NCBI GenBank assembly: GCA_012295275.1
Contig: CM022671.1
Coordinates: forward strand, 28,892,001-28,956,000
Source: Chrysomallon squamiferum
Taxonomy: Eukaryota; Animalia; Mollusca
Length of the DNA stretch: 64,000 bases
Reading direction: 5' to 3'
Shown here: positions 1 through 20,900 of the stretch, one piece after another
How the letters are laid out: every line of letters begins with the position of its first letter
Numbering within the stretch: the stretch's first letter is position 1
Program-made: the position numbers and the translations under genes
Notes under the pieces: generated by a model
Databases searched by the model: none
Seen by the model: only the letters and a program-made list of their open reading frames with translations
What the model was told of the DNA's origin: nothing

Positions 1-1059
1 GGACCAAATCCATGACCGCCTGTTCCTGCTCCACCTCCTGCACCAAATCCAGGTCCTCCTGGACCAAATCCATGACCACCTGCTCCCGCTCCGCCTGCTC
101 CAGCTCCGACACCATGTCCAGGACCTCCTGCTCCAGGTCCTCCTGGACCATCTCCTGCCCGCCTGCTCCAGTCCGACACCATGTCCAGGACCTCCTGCTC
201 CAGGTCCTGCACCATGTCCAGGACCTCCTGCTCCAGGTCCTGCACCAAATCCAGGTCCTCCTGGACCAAATCCGTGACCACCTGCTCCCGCTCCGCCTGC
301 TGCAGCTCCGACCCCATGTCCAGGACCTCCTGCTCCAGGTCCTGCACCAAATCCATGTCCTCCTGGACCAAATCCGTAACCTCCTGCTCCCGCTCCCGCT
401 GCTCCTGCACCATGTCCAGGACCTCCTGCCCCAGCCCTGCTGCTTTACGACCATTTGCTCCTACTACTGTATTTATGGTGATACTCGATCCACCCATTCT
501 CATCATGATATTGCCGCCTCTATACATATCAACCATTGAAGTTTGAGCATTTGCAAATGGAACTGTGGGAAAAAAAAAATTATCTTGGCGTTATTCACAT
601 TATTTTTTATTACAATACTGCATTTGAAAAATGTCCGGTTCATGACACACTAACGTTAACCACTAGAGCTATTTTGAAAATTAGCAAATTAAAAAACAGT
701 GATTGATAAAATCACGTTATATTGTGGAAAAACGAAGATCTATATTCACTAAAATAACCAATGTCCAGATATATGAAAATATGAAATTCGATAAAATTAA
801 TATTTATTTATTTAATTTATTTATTATTTAATTTATTTATTCATTTATTCATTCATTTATTTTATTTATTTTTGTTCAATTTGCTAAAATTATGAGTACT
901 TCAGGTGATATAATTGGATGATTGGATTGATGTACGGACAGATAAAACAATAGCAAAGAAGCAACAATGATGTTTTTTGTTTTGCATGCTGGGTGTGTTC
1001 GAGCGCGCACGCGCATTTGTAAGTGTATAAACAGATTTACTTGCATGTATATAAAAAAA

Positions 1060-1112
<53 letters not shown>

Positions 1113-1138
1113 CATCATCATCCTAATAGTAATGATAA

Positions 1139-1179
<41 letters not shown>

Positions 1180-2288
1180 AATGTATTAGTAGTATAAGTA
1201 GGTATAGTAAGAAAAATAAGTAGCAGCAGTAGCAGTAGCAGAGATAGTAGTAGTAGAAATAACAGTAGGAGTAGTAGTAATAGTAGTGGTAGTAGTGGTA
1301 GTAGTAGTAGTAGCAGTAGTAGAAAAAGTGTTGTTGTTAGTACTTTTAATTTTGATATTGATTCTTCTGTTGCATTCTTTTATGTTAAAAAAAAAAAATG
1401 TTTTAAATCTAGCAGTAAAAACGTATATTCTGGTATTTTGACTGTTTTAAGTATTAACTACAACATATGCCAAAAAGTAATGACAATGAATTAGTTACCT
1501 TGATTTAGCTGAGGAAAGCGTCCGTAGATGCAGGCAATAGTGGTGCATCGTGTTCTAAAGAAAGGAAACCTGACTGGAAGACCTTTAGCAGCCAAAAAAT
1601 AATAATAATAATAAATAAATAAATAAATAAATAATACTAACGATAACAACAATAACAATGTACAGTATTTGTAATAGTAGTTGTAGTAGTAGTAGTCGTA
1701 ATGGTAGTGGTAGCAGTAATGATAGTCGTAATAGTTGTTGATGTGATTGTAGTAGAAGTAATCGTAGCTGTAGTAGTAGTAGTCATAGTGGTAGTAGTCA
1801 CAACAGTAGTATAATAGTATCAGTAGTACTAATGGTCGTAGTAGTAGTAGTAGATAATACAGTAGTAGTAGTAGTAGTAGTAGTAAAAGCTATAATCTTA
1901 GTTGTTGCAGCTACGTTAACAGAAAAATTGTTGTAGTAGTAGTTCTAATTATGAGTACATATGTACTGTTGTATTATATTATTAATGCAACTGATAAGGT
2001 ATAAACCAAGTATAAGACTTGGTAATGTTTCACAATTATTATTTAAAGTTACGAAATAAAACTATATAAAAAAAATAAATATATAGAAACATAAATACAC
2101 ACACACACGCACACACACACGCACACACACTCGTACGTGCTTTTGTATCTATTATTGAAGTTACATAACTTAACTCTAATGCTTTACATTTGTTACGGAA
2201 GATACTACTTACGTCTGTGTAAATATAATGCATCCGAAACAGTAATTACTGCTAGAAGAAGAAATGTAATGATATTACTCCGTTCCAT
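1..2288 (-). CDS. Gene A: secreted His/Gly-rich repetitive protein (3' end runs off window; frameshifted in this assembly)
   Basis: Hand-built exons. 2213-2288: MERSNIITFLLLAVITVSDALYLHR, signal-peptide-like, donor GTAAGT. 1499-1554: QHDAPLLPASTDAFL.., 56 nt, one base short of a phase-1/phase-1 exon. <1-562: acceptor tttttcccacag, then VPFANAQTSMVDMYRGGNIMMRMGGSSITINTVVG followed by GAGGPGHG/GGHGFGPGG repeats. Frame breaks at ~435 and ~150-180. The + strand ORFs 12..539 and 181..546 are antisense shadows. Confidence 0.75.
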
Positions 2289-2509
2289 GTTCGTCCTGGC
2301 ACTATTGTCGAGACTGGAAAACAACAAAAATCAGATCAGAAATAAATTGTACCAATTAATAAATACAATTTTATTACAAGCTGTTGTAGTCACTGACCTA
2401 CACGCGTGAAGATCAGCATAGCGTTTTAAAATTAATTAAAATGTGTGATAACTTTTGTTGCCGAAACAGTATGTGTATGTATGTATGTATGTATTGTATG
2501 TATGTATGT

Positions 2510-2591
<82 letters not shown>

Positions 2592-2721
2592 AGCAATGAG
2601 AGAAAGAGAGGATGAAAGGAAAACAGAGAGATCTAAGGAGAAAGCAAAAGAAAGAAAGATCAAGTGATAGAAAGAATTTTTTTTTTTAAATTGATAACAT
2701 TACATTTTAACGTCTGAATTA

Positions 2722-2810
<89 letters not shown>

Positions 2811-2878
2811 TTAATTAATTAATTAATTTATTATTTATTTATTAATTTTTTAAAATTCAATAAATAATATTATTTTAC

Positions 2879-2994
2879 CTATTGCAATGGCTCGAATACA
2901 CTATTGCAATCTCCTTCCAGCTAGTGCCGTTCTTGCAAGTTGGTTTGCTGGACGAAATGTGCAAATAGGAACTTTCATTTTTAATCTTTTTATA
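2879..2994 (-). promoter_or_regulatory. Putative TATA box and non-coding first exon of gene A
   Basis: TATAAAAA on minus strand at 2994-2987 and a GTAAAA donor at 2878. A matching acceptor (tttttgttgttttccag) at 2314-2316 lies just upstream of the ATG exon. Confidence 0.45.
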
Positions 2995-4283
2995 TGGACA
3001 TAATGTATACTTAGGACCAATAAAAACAGTTTTCAACTACGGTGTTTTTAAGGTGAGGTACTGCTTACCCTTGTTAAGTGTTAAAAAACTAGCAATCTGT
3101 CCTTCAGACAGATTGTTTCTATTTTCGCGTCAGATCAAAAACAAGGAGGCGACAAATATATCAGGACAAATGACACCTGCCATTTTAACTAGAATTAGTT
3201 TAGACTATGAACAATTAGTTTAAACTCAGATATTGAGTTTTATGTCTTCCATCGGATAGTATAAAATGTGGAATCGTGATTGGATTAGGAGGAACGGAAT
3301 ATTAACGTCAATGAATGCAATAAATATAACTTTTTTTTTCTTTTTTTTTTATTCTTTTGAATTCTTTTACCATTAATGTAAAAGATCTGTCGACGTTTCC
3401 TGGTTTTTGTTCGCTTAATTCGTCTTCTTTTTGTTTACTTTACTATTATTTGTATAATTTAATTATTTTCTTGCGTATAATGACTTAGGATTTACAAACA
3501 CGACGAATATGAGAGTGAATATTAAATTATATATAATATTATGCTCTCTGGGTTTTTTTCTGATTTTCACACGCAGAATAAAAAACAAACACAATATACA
3601 TACACAGAGAAACATAGAAACATGCTTACGTTTAAAAATGAACGCCTACGCATAGAGAAATAAATATATTCCTGTAAACGAAACAAGACATACGCGTTAA
3701 ATAAACACACACGCGCATACGCACACACACACACACACATATATACGTATATGTGTTTGCACACAACACACACACACACACACATACATACAGATATGCT
3801 GACATGCATAGACATGTACATGTACATATAAAACAATAAACAATATAAGCTCAAAGGCAAATATATCATCATTATTCGTCTTCCTCCTAAGCTAAAAAAA
3901 AAAATAAAAAAAAAAAAAATATATATTTGACTTTACACAGTTCAAGGCCAGCCCAAAAGTTCTTTACAAAATAATTTTTTTTTTTTTATTTTTTTTTTAT
4001 CATCTATTTCAACAATAGATAATACAATATTTTACTCATGACACAGTTGTTTGAAGTGTAGTTATTTAATCTCCTTTTGTTGTTGTAATATACACGCTTT
4101 TTTCATCTTATTTCGTGAACTTCATTCATCAAACCTTTCATCATATAATTTATAGTGTTAACGTGATATCACGTCTGTCAAACCTGTGTAAAAAGATGTC
4201 TGACGTGAATCACTAAGCAGCGTCAGAAAGACACACGGACAGAAAGACAAAGGATAGAAACACTTTATTTATTTATTTATTTA

Positions 4284-4286
<3 letters not shown>

Positions 4287-4366
<80 letters not shown>

Positions 4367-4547
4367 ACTTTAAGTTCAAAGTGACGTATCGGCGCTTTTT
4401 TTGTAAATTTTTATGTTGGATGTGGTTCTTATTTATTTATTTATTTATTTATTATTCTACTTCATTTTTATTATTAGTTCATTTATTTATTTATTTTTAT
4501 TTATTTGTGTTACTTAAAAACGCTACAACTTTATAACTCTAACAGTT

Positions 4548-4628
<81 letters not shown>
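4287..4628. repeat. (GT)n and (CT)n microsatellites, representative of dozens of ATT, GTA, CT, GT, AT and ATTT tracts across the window
   Basis: Read directly. Other long tracts include 1061-1180, 8500-8600, 9440-9520, 10275-10390, 23192-23278, 32920-33028, 37979-38200 and 57332-57450. Confidence 0.95.
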
Positions 4629-4631
<3 letters not shown>

Positions 4632-5743
4632 GTGTATCAAAATCAGTTCTCCCTGCGTGAACCTTTTCCTGTTCTAACTATCACTTATATCTTGAATATC
4701 AAACAAGGTAGTATGTACTGCCCTACAGATTAAAAAAAAAAAAAACATTATTGATAAAAGTATAAATCAAACATTATCATTCAGTTTAATTTTTTTTTTT
4801 TTTCCATTATTTTCCAAGAAATTGACTAAATTTTGATATATATATTTCTTAGTTCTTTATTTTCTTTCAACTTGCTGTACAGATTCGAAATGTAATAAAA
4901 TATTTGTTTAGAGAACACTATCTGACTGTTTGACGTACAAAATACATCTGGGCTACTGGCGTTTTCATAGTTTGGCATTTGTATAGACGTGTTGTTTTTT
5001 TGTTGTTGTTGTTTTTTTTGGTGTTTTTTTTTAACTGCGTTTACTAATAGTGGTATAAAGTATATTAAGTTTATAATAATAAAATAAATAAGTTTAAATA
5101 AATATAAAACAGTAGAACCAAATTTTACAGTTAAACAAAAGGGCGAAAAAAAAGCTCAGTTTGAATTTTTTTTTTTTTTTTTTTTTTTTTTGAATACAAT
5201 TATTATCAGGGTTTTTATATATATATAAAGAAAATATTGTTAACCAGTGTTATAAAATTTAATAAGAATGTTTTAATTATAATTTTAATCTTTAAAATAA
5301 ATAAATAAATATAAATTGTTGTTCTTGTTTTTTGCTTGTATTTGTTGGGTTTTTGTAGGTGTTTCTGTTGTTTTTTTTTTATTTTTTTTCAATTTGACGG
5401 GGGTTTTATTTTCCTTTTTTTACTTTTTTTTTATTTTGTTTTAAAAGTTTGAAAATTATGAATATTCAATGAGGTTGTTTTTATATATAACCGTTCAACA
5501 AACGCAATTGTTTCAAAACCAGGATCTTTTCATTTTGTTTGTTTTGTTAGAAATGATTTTGAATAATACCATGATATTTTTTTGAAAACTTATTAGATTA
5601 AACTGTAATGAATCAAATTAATTTTTCCCTACATTATAAATTAAATCCTTTTGATGTTTTCGTTGCAATCTTGTCATAACGTAACGTCTAGATATTTTAA
5701 ACCACTATACAAACAAAATAACGCAGCTAACTACAAATACTGT

Positions 5744-12599
<6,856 letters not shown>

Positions 12600-12729
12600 G
12601 CTGGCTGTTTAGATACAAACATTTTTATTTAAATAAATAATGAACCACAGGCAAATAACTAATATATATATAATGACGTACTAATGAAAGGTATCAGCAT
12701 GTCTTCTACGAGTATTCGTTTCTAATATC

Positions 12730-12789
<60 letters not shown>

Positions 12790-15271
12790 TAACTAATTTC
12801 CTTTTTTTTTTTTTTTTAAGGCTTTGTGCCTTATTAATTTTGTTGTATAATATTTAATTACCGCAAACCGCATGAAATTATTCATTTTCCTTCAGATATA
12901 TCGAGTGAAATAAATTACTGTCTCTCTTTTATTTAAAATGATAAATATTAAAATAATAACCAATATTAAATTATTAACAAAAACAATTACGATAAAATTT
13001 CTTTACGATCCTAAATACTCAGAATATTCAACATTCACTTTACCTGCCGAGCTGACTTGTAAAACAAAACTATGCAGAAGAAGGTCCAGATTTTTTCTAA
13101 AGAATGTTCAGGCTTTCTTATATCGTTGTAAAACATTTCTTTTAGACCAATCAAAAAACGGTAAAATAAGTACTGGCGACATAAATTGCTTTACCTTTGC
13201 CCTAAAGACTGATACCTCTGTTTCCAACATGAAACAAAAAAAAAAAAAAAAAAAAACCTACAAACCCATTACGTGATTAATGTCTGTAAGACAAATGACA
13301 TATGACAAAGTGTTAAATATATAAAGTGTCATTCTCCCCTGAATGCATTCTCTGTAGTTTTTCTTTTATATATATATTTTTAATTGATCACTGTGTAACA
13401 AATAGAACATTAAATGTCACTCGTACCAAGTTCATCACGTTGAGTTCAGAAATAACCCCCGTCAAGTCTCTTATCCGTGCGAGAAGGTTTTTTTTTTTTT
13501 CGGTTATTATTGTTGTTGATTTGTATAACAACCGTAGCTGATTCATGACAGTGTAAAATCATGCTACATTATTTACAGTCAAGATATTCATATTATCAAC
13601 ATAATCATTTATTTCATCGTTATTATTACTATTAGGAGTTGGTAGAAGAGCGAGGTGATGGAAATGGGTTTTATGACCTAGGTGTACTCTAAGATCCGTG
13701 AGGATGAAGTTGGGAAAGAATGGGTTAGTAGTAAACGCTAGGTTTTTTATTATCATTTATTTCTTCATCGATCTGGCGACGCTGTCTTACAAAGCATCTT
13801 AGTCTGCTTGTCTTTACGTGGGTGCACCGGTCTGGAATTTTTAGATCTTTGATAATGATATGTAATAAAACATTTCCACTTGCGCTGTTGCTTTGTTAAA
13901 TAAACGTCTCTGGCTCCATGCTAGTACACACACAAACTGGAAACTAAAATGCTGGGGAAATGATGTGTTTCTGCGTATCCGGCCATTTCTGTAACTATAA
14001 CAGAGTAGTCCTACTCGTAGAAGCAGCATCAACAGTGAATTGAATGAGACATTTCGTATAATCGTGATGAACCCTTTTATAATGATAACGTTTGTACTCG
14101 TCTTGCTGTTGTTGTTGCTGATGTAGTTCCTCTATTTCTTCTTCTTCTTCTTATAATAATAATAATAATAATAATAATTACAGTAATAATAATAACAACA
14201 ACAATAAATAAATAAATAAAAGTAGTAGTACTAATAGTAGTAGTAGAAAAAAATAGTACCGTAGTAGTAACAGTTGACAATAATTATTATAAAATATTCT
14301 TCCTTATTTCGGTTATCTTTTGTTCTTAAATAACAAAACAATTCATCATAATATTTTGTTCGTGTACACGCACATGTCACACGTATTCACGCACATATGG
14401 ATATACAAATAGAGAGAAAGAGTGGCAGAGAGAGAAAGAGAGTTTTATTAATTCATCAGATATAAAATTGTACAAGCATTGAACCAAAATAACAGAGAAA
14501 AAAATAAAGCGCCAAATCTTTGATACAGTGTTTTAATATCTTACAACAACATGAAATATATAAAGATATAAATTAATGAAATCTGTGAATCAAATACGGA
14601 TACAGGATCGATTTCCCGAACAATAACTTCTTTTAACTTCCTTAAAATTAAGACTGGGTATTTGAAATTCCTTAATTTACATGTAATATAATATTTTTAA
14701 AAATTAAATTAATAATCTGATTATATTGGTGCACACTGTACCAATAAACTTTTATTACACTAATGTATTTCATTTAATCATTTAAATTACATTTTTTAGT
14801 ATTATTTATTTTACTTTTTAAATTAAAGTTTTAAGAAGAATATGGTTTTTAGATACCTGCCAGATATGTAATTTACATCTTCCGATATGTACTGTTAAAT
14901 TATTATTATTATTATTACTACTACTATTATCTCTTTTATTTCGGAAAAACTTTAAATGCGGAAAGGTTTTGGAATAAACGGTTCCGGAAAATCGATGGCG
15001 TATATATATATAAAATACCTTAAAATACAATCATACGTTTGACAGAAATCTGTTTCAGTAAATATAAATGATTCATTCTAAATACAGGTGATCTGTTAAT
15101 TTTACAGACTTGTCTTCGGCAAACTTCAGATACACTGACGAAAAACTTCGTCCATTAAACATAAGTACTCCGACCATCTTTATTGTTATCTGAAGGTAAA
15201 AAAAAAAAAACAAAAAATAATAATAATAATATTCTTGTTAAATGAAGTTTAAACTTTCTTAATTCATATAA

Positions 15272-15314
<43 letters not shown>

Positions 15315-15943
15315 GTTTAAAAGCTGACTTACGGAGATAACATTTTGAATATCTCCTCATAAACTATGGTTTAAAATTCATGTTTATTTTTCTGTTACAA
15401 ATTCGCGAAATACGCCCTATTTCAAACAGTATGCTTTAAAAACAGACAAAAGGGATGATATGAGTCCCAAAGTTAATAATATTACCTAGCTAAAAATATG
15501 TTTAAGTATTATTTTTAGTACTTCGATATAAAAGAAGAAGAGGAGTAAAAAATTATATAGATATAGATATTAATATATTAATCATAAATAAGTAACTATA
15601 AAATGAAATATCATTTTTAACAACCACCACATTACTATAACATGCATACGTAGTATGTACAGGTAACAGACATGCATGTACAGGTCACACAGGTGTGCAC
15701 AGGTATAGACAGGTAATTGCAGGTGGAGACAGGTACATGGAGGCACACGCAGGTATGTATTGGTACAGACAGGTGTGCACAGGTACATGCAGGTACAGGA
15801 CACACATAAACAGATATGTATATATAGATGTATGTGAAGGTGATATATACAAAGAAATATCTGTACAAATAACCTGCACGTGCTTGTTGTGAATTTATAG
15901 CACGTGCTGGTTGTGAATGTGTCTCATGTTTTTATTTTTACCT

Positions 15944-15999
15944 TTAATCATAATATTCATATTCTTCTGAAGATGTTAGCGTTGTGGAATTCTGTTCTG

Positions 16000-16030
<31 letters not shown>

Positions 16031-16058
16031 TTTTTGTCTTTATTTTTTTTTTATTTTT

Positions 16059-16093
<35 letters not shown>

Positions 16094-16240
16094 TTACCTA
16101 GTTCTTCCTCTTCTGGTGGTTCGTCAGTTGTAGTCGTGCTTTCTGAAAAAAATGTGTAAAACAAACTTTGAAAGAATAGCAAATACTATATTTTAAATTT
16201 ATTATTTATGTATCTGTATTTATATACGAGCGAGAACACA

Positions 16241-16291
<51 letters not shown>

Positions 16292-17054
16292 ACACACACA
16301 TATACATAAATAAAAACACACAAAATCACACAAACTAAATACTTTCTTTTCTAGTCTGTTCTCCTTAATAAAAGGGCCAAAAGTTTTAAATATTTACAAG
16401 TTATAGTTTTAACTGTTAAATTTTTTGTTGTTGGTTTTTTGTTCGGCTGATTCTTTTTTTTTTTTTTTTTTTTTTTTTTACACTCTTTCGTAAAATAAAA
16501 GGACAGAATGCGCAATTTTTCAGAATTTTAAAAGTTTCTGTAATACATTCAGATAATTTTTAAAATTATTTTCTGTTTCGTAAATATAATACGAATTCAA
16601 CATGTCTGCCCAGGGATATAAGAAAGATTTTCTTCTTCTTTTCATTAATTTTATTTTATTTATATAATAAAATAAAAATATGTATTAATAACTAATTAAT
16701 TAATAAAAGTTATAAAAATATATTCAGTCTTACGAGGAGATGTTGTTGTAGTTGTTGATTGTTCTTGTTGTCCGTTTGGAAATAGATGTTCTGAAACAAG
16801 ACAAAGACAGATTTCAAACATTAGCCAACTCTGAGTTTATAATCCACAAAATGATATGTAAATCGTAGTTTGCTGTTCTTTCTTTAATACTGCATGGGAA
16901 AAACATCTGCTTAAAAGGTATTAACACGAGTAAATATTATTAATGATAAGTTTAATTTAAAATATATTCTTTTAAAAACAGTGTTTTTAAAATAAATGTG
17001 AAAAAAGAATTGCTGATTTTAGAATCTTGAGTCTTCTTCTTCTTCTTACTGTTA

Positions 17055-17153
<99 letters not shown>

Positions 17154-17649
17154 GTTATTATTATTATTATCAAACATTTATATTACTTTTAATTTAGATT
17201 TTTTTTTTGTTGTTTTTATTATTATTATGTATTCACTATTTATTTATTTATTTATTTATTTGTTTGGTTGTTAATACATTTATTCATTCATTCATTCGTG
17301 AGTTCATTCACTTATTTATTATGACGTAAAAAATTAAATAAAAACAAAGGAAATATCCAAATATATACATGTATATAATTATTTATAACATATTGACATA
17401 TCGTGGAGGAACCTGCGAAGTAAATACACATCATTAAACAAATAAAAATAAGGAAGATGACATAAAATTAAAGTGACAAACCAGTGGCACGACAATCAGT
17501 CAGACAGCTGTAAAATGACAGTTTATTTCCTCAAAACGTAATAAACGACACTTCCACGATCATCGTTATCGGAATGAAGAATAAAATTATTAGTCATAGC
17601 ATGAATAAAATTACATTAGAATTAACTTTTATTTGTGTCCTTTTGTGTC

Positions 17650-17698
<49 letters not shown>

Positions 17699-17863
17699 CT
17701 CAGACAGAGAGAGTGTCTGTGTATGTATATCTGTTTGTGTATGTGTGTATGTCTGTGGGAGTCTGTATATCATTGTGTGTATATTTATTTAGCTACGACT
17801 GTTTTTTTCTGGTCTGTTTAACTTGCAAATCATTCCTTTCGTTCTGTTTCGCCATATTTCTGG

Positions 17864-17923
<60 letters not shown>

Positions 17924-20900
17924 TTAATTTTCTTTAGTCAAACTTATGAAGTGTTTCTAAAGAAAAGTATACTGTAATCAAGAAATTCTTTCTATTTACT
18001 TTTATTAATTAATTAATTTATTTATTTATTTATTTATTTGTTTATTTATTCATTTATTTGCAAATCAAATATCTTAACTTAAAGCTTGTTGACTTTTTTA
18101 TTCATGGGCTGATTAAATTTAAACCACTGTATTAACCAATCCACCCACCAGATGAATTCAACAATCAACAAATCAAACAATCAAACACACCCAGTCTATT
18201 TATCAGTCACTTCCCCAGCTTCCTGGAATTCATTAACTGACCAAAGATAGAAATAACTATTAAACGTATACAAAAATTAAAATAAAGACCCAAATTTATC
18301 ATAATGTCAGTATCAAAGTGAGATCAATAGTACAAAAAAATAACTTAGAGAAAAAAAAAGGAGGGGTTATTCTAAGATTAATATAAATTATAATTACTTG
18401 CAATGAAGTTTTTCAACCCTTCTATGGTCGGCATTTCCAGCATCTTTTTAAGGTACTGAAGAACGGTCATGGCTCCATTATCAGTTGGTGAAACTAAAGA
18501 GAAAAATAAATAAACAGGCTTGTTAGCAAATATAATCAGTAGGCTAAATAATTATGTGGGGATAATAATAATAGTAATAATAATAATAATAACAATAATA
18601 ATAATAGTAAAAATAATCATAATAATAATAATGATAATAATAATGATGGTGATGATGGTGATGATGATAACTAATAATAACAATAACAACAACAATATTA
18701 ATTATTGTTATAATCATTAATGATAATAAGAACAATAGTAATAATAATGATGAAGATGAGGACGATGATGAGAAATATAATATGCGTTTTGAAGATATAT
18801 ACATACATATACAAATACATATACACACAATATCACAGCATACATATACAATAATTAATATATTTTGTAACTATATATATATTGTTTAAATTACTCTTTA
18901 TTTCTTAAAAAAAAAAAAAACTCTTAAAAACACCTGTATTTCTATAATAGGCAAAATCTTATATATCCATATAAAACATTTTATGTAACCATTTACCTTG
19001 TGTGGTTATGGTTGCTGTCCCTTCAGCTTGGCTAAAGTCATTTCTTAGAAAAGAAGGGTTTAGATCCATCAGATTTAAGTCGTCGTTTTTCTGTGAGGAC
19101 GTTGTGGAGGACGTTGTAGTAACCACAGCTGCTGTTGGTCCAGCAATAACATTGTGTTCAGCAGGAACATTGACATTTCCGTTATTAATTCTATTAGACG
19201 TAGATGCAGATGAAACGGCAACCTTATTATCTGAAACCACGGCAGTGTTTGGACTGTGGAGTGCGACAGGTCCAGTCTTAGAATCTGGAATGTTTGACTT
19301 TCCATTATATTTACCGGCTACGCTGTTTTCTATGTTCACCGACAGATCATGTTCACTTCCAGAAACACCTTCTGTTTCTGACACTTGTTTGATTCCGTGG
19401 ATTCCTTCGGACTGGTAGAAATTCGAAGACAAACCTTTGGTAATCGTGTTTTTCAACAAACTGGTTTTACCTATGGAATTCTTCGACGATATTCCAGCCT
19501 TATGAGAAGGTTTTTCAAGTGATATTTTGTTATCTGGTGCAAATCCCGCGGCCGATGATATCAGGTTGCGACCCCCGGATCCTGTTGCGTTTTGCTTAAG
19601 ACTGCCGGTCTGAAAAGAACTTATTTTTCTCAGTGGTAGATCTAATGTTAGAAGATCTTGTGCCATTGCCTTTGGTGATGATCCTTTGGCCGAAAGCAGA
19701 TGAGATTTGAGACTTATAGGTGATGACACTGCTGATTCCAAGACATGAGTATTTCCAGGAAACGAGTTTTTGCCAGATATACTTTCGCCAAAACTTCCTC
19801 CTCCTAGAGTAGACCTAAGAATTTCTAATTCTTTTTTAGAAAATGGAGATAATATCGAGTTGTCTGGATAAGCATACTGCATATTTAAGAAATTACCATC
19901 TAAAGGATGAAGACCAATACTGTTACTAGAATGGACAATATTAGGTTCGAAAGAAACGGCTTTGACTTTGTTATCAGTCTTAGTGTCCACTCTGAATGAG
20001 TTGACCTTATCCAAAGGCGTGTTGCTATTCAAAACCTCTGAATGCATCGAATTATGAATTGCATTTTCAGAAGCTTGCTTCGGGTTCGGGTCTTTACCAA
20101 GCAGCGCTGATTTAAGCATGTTTATCTCTAAATTTGAAAATCCTGATAAGTCGAGTCCATAATTAATTTTGTGAGATTCAGCAACTGAACTGATTTTTTC
20201 GTTAGGCATAAACAGTTCTTTCACAGATTTGACTTGACTGTCTGATATCATTCTTGGCAAATTCTTATGTCCTGCTGAAACCACAGTCGTTGTTTCTGCT
20301 ACCAAACCTGGCACTATCGATTTCAATTCTTTTGGCAAATTAGCTTTTAGTAATTCCATTTCGAAGGGCGTCAGAGAGGACAGATCTAAAGCCAGGGGAT
20401 GGTTTAGAATAACTTGAGGCTGATTTTCTATCTGCGTGGCACTTGATGATGTATTACTATTAACTGGTTCGGTTGTTACATTTGACGATGTGACTGTTGG
20501 AATATTTGTCAGTGAAACTCTAGGATTCGACATCTGTGCTTCAAATTTGGCGGAATGTTCGATTTTTTTAGATGGATAACTTGGCGATGTATTATTATTT
20601 AATTGAACAGATTTGGTATTTCCATTGTTTGAGTTCAGAAGTTTGTTAGATGATCCGGTGTTGTTAGTACTCAGTGGATGGTTGATTGCTTTCGTTTCAG
20701 CAAGATTTCTATTATTCTCAATTGGGATAAAAGTGTTAGGAATAAAAGTGTTCGATGTTTTTGTATTCACATTATTTTCTGGTTGTGAGATTCTGTCTTG
20801 CATTTGTGCGTTATTCGAAGTCATTTCCTCTGCCAAAGAAGATAATTTATTCATCTTTGTAGCCATGAACGATGACAAACGTAATCCTGAAGAATGACGT

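Noticed and set aside
12-546. Plus-strand Cys/Ser-rich ORFs (12..539, 181..546) resembling metallothionein or keratin-associated proteins
   Set aside because: Antisense shadows of the Gly-rich minus-strand exon. The splice sites and signal-peptide exon are on the minus strand.
876-1223. Poly-Ile/Tyr/Leu/Asn/Ser and CV/HT/LS/RE ORFs here and throughout the window
   Set aside because: Translations of (ATT)n, (GTA)n, (GT)n, (CT)n and (AT)n microsatellites in introns and intergenic DNA.
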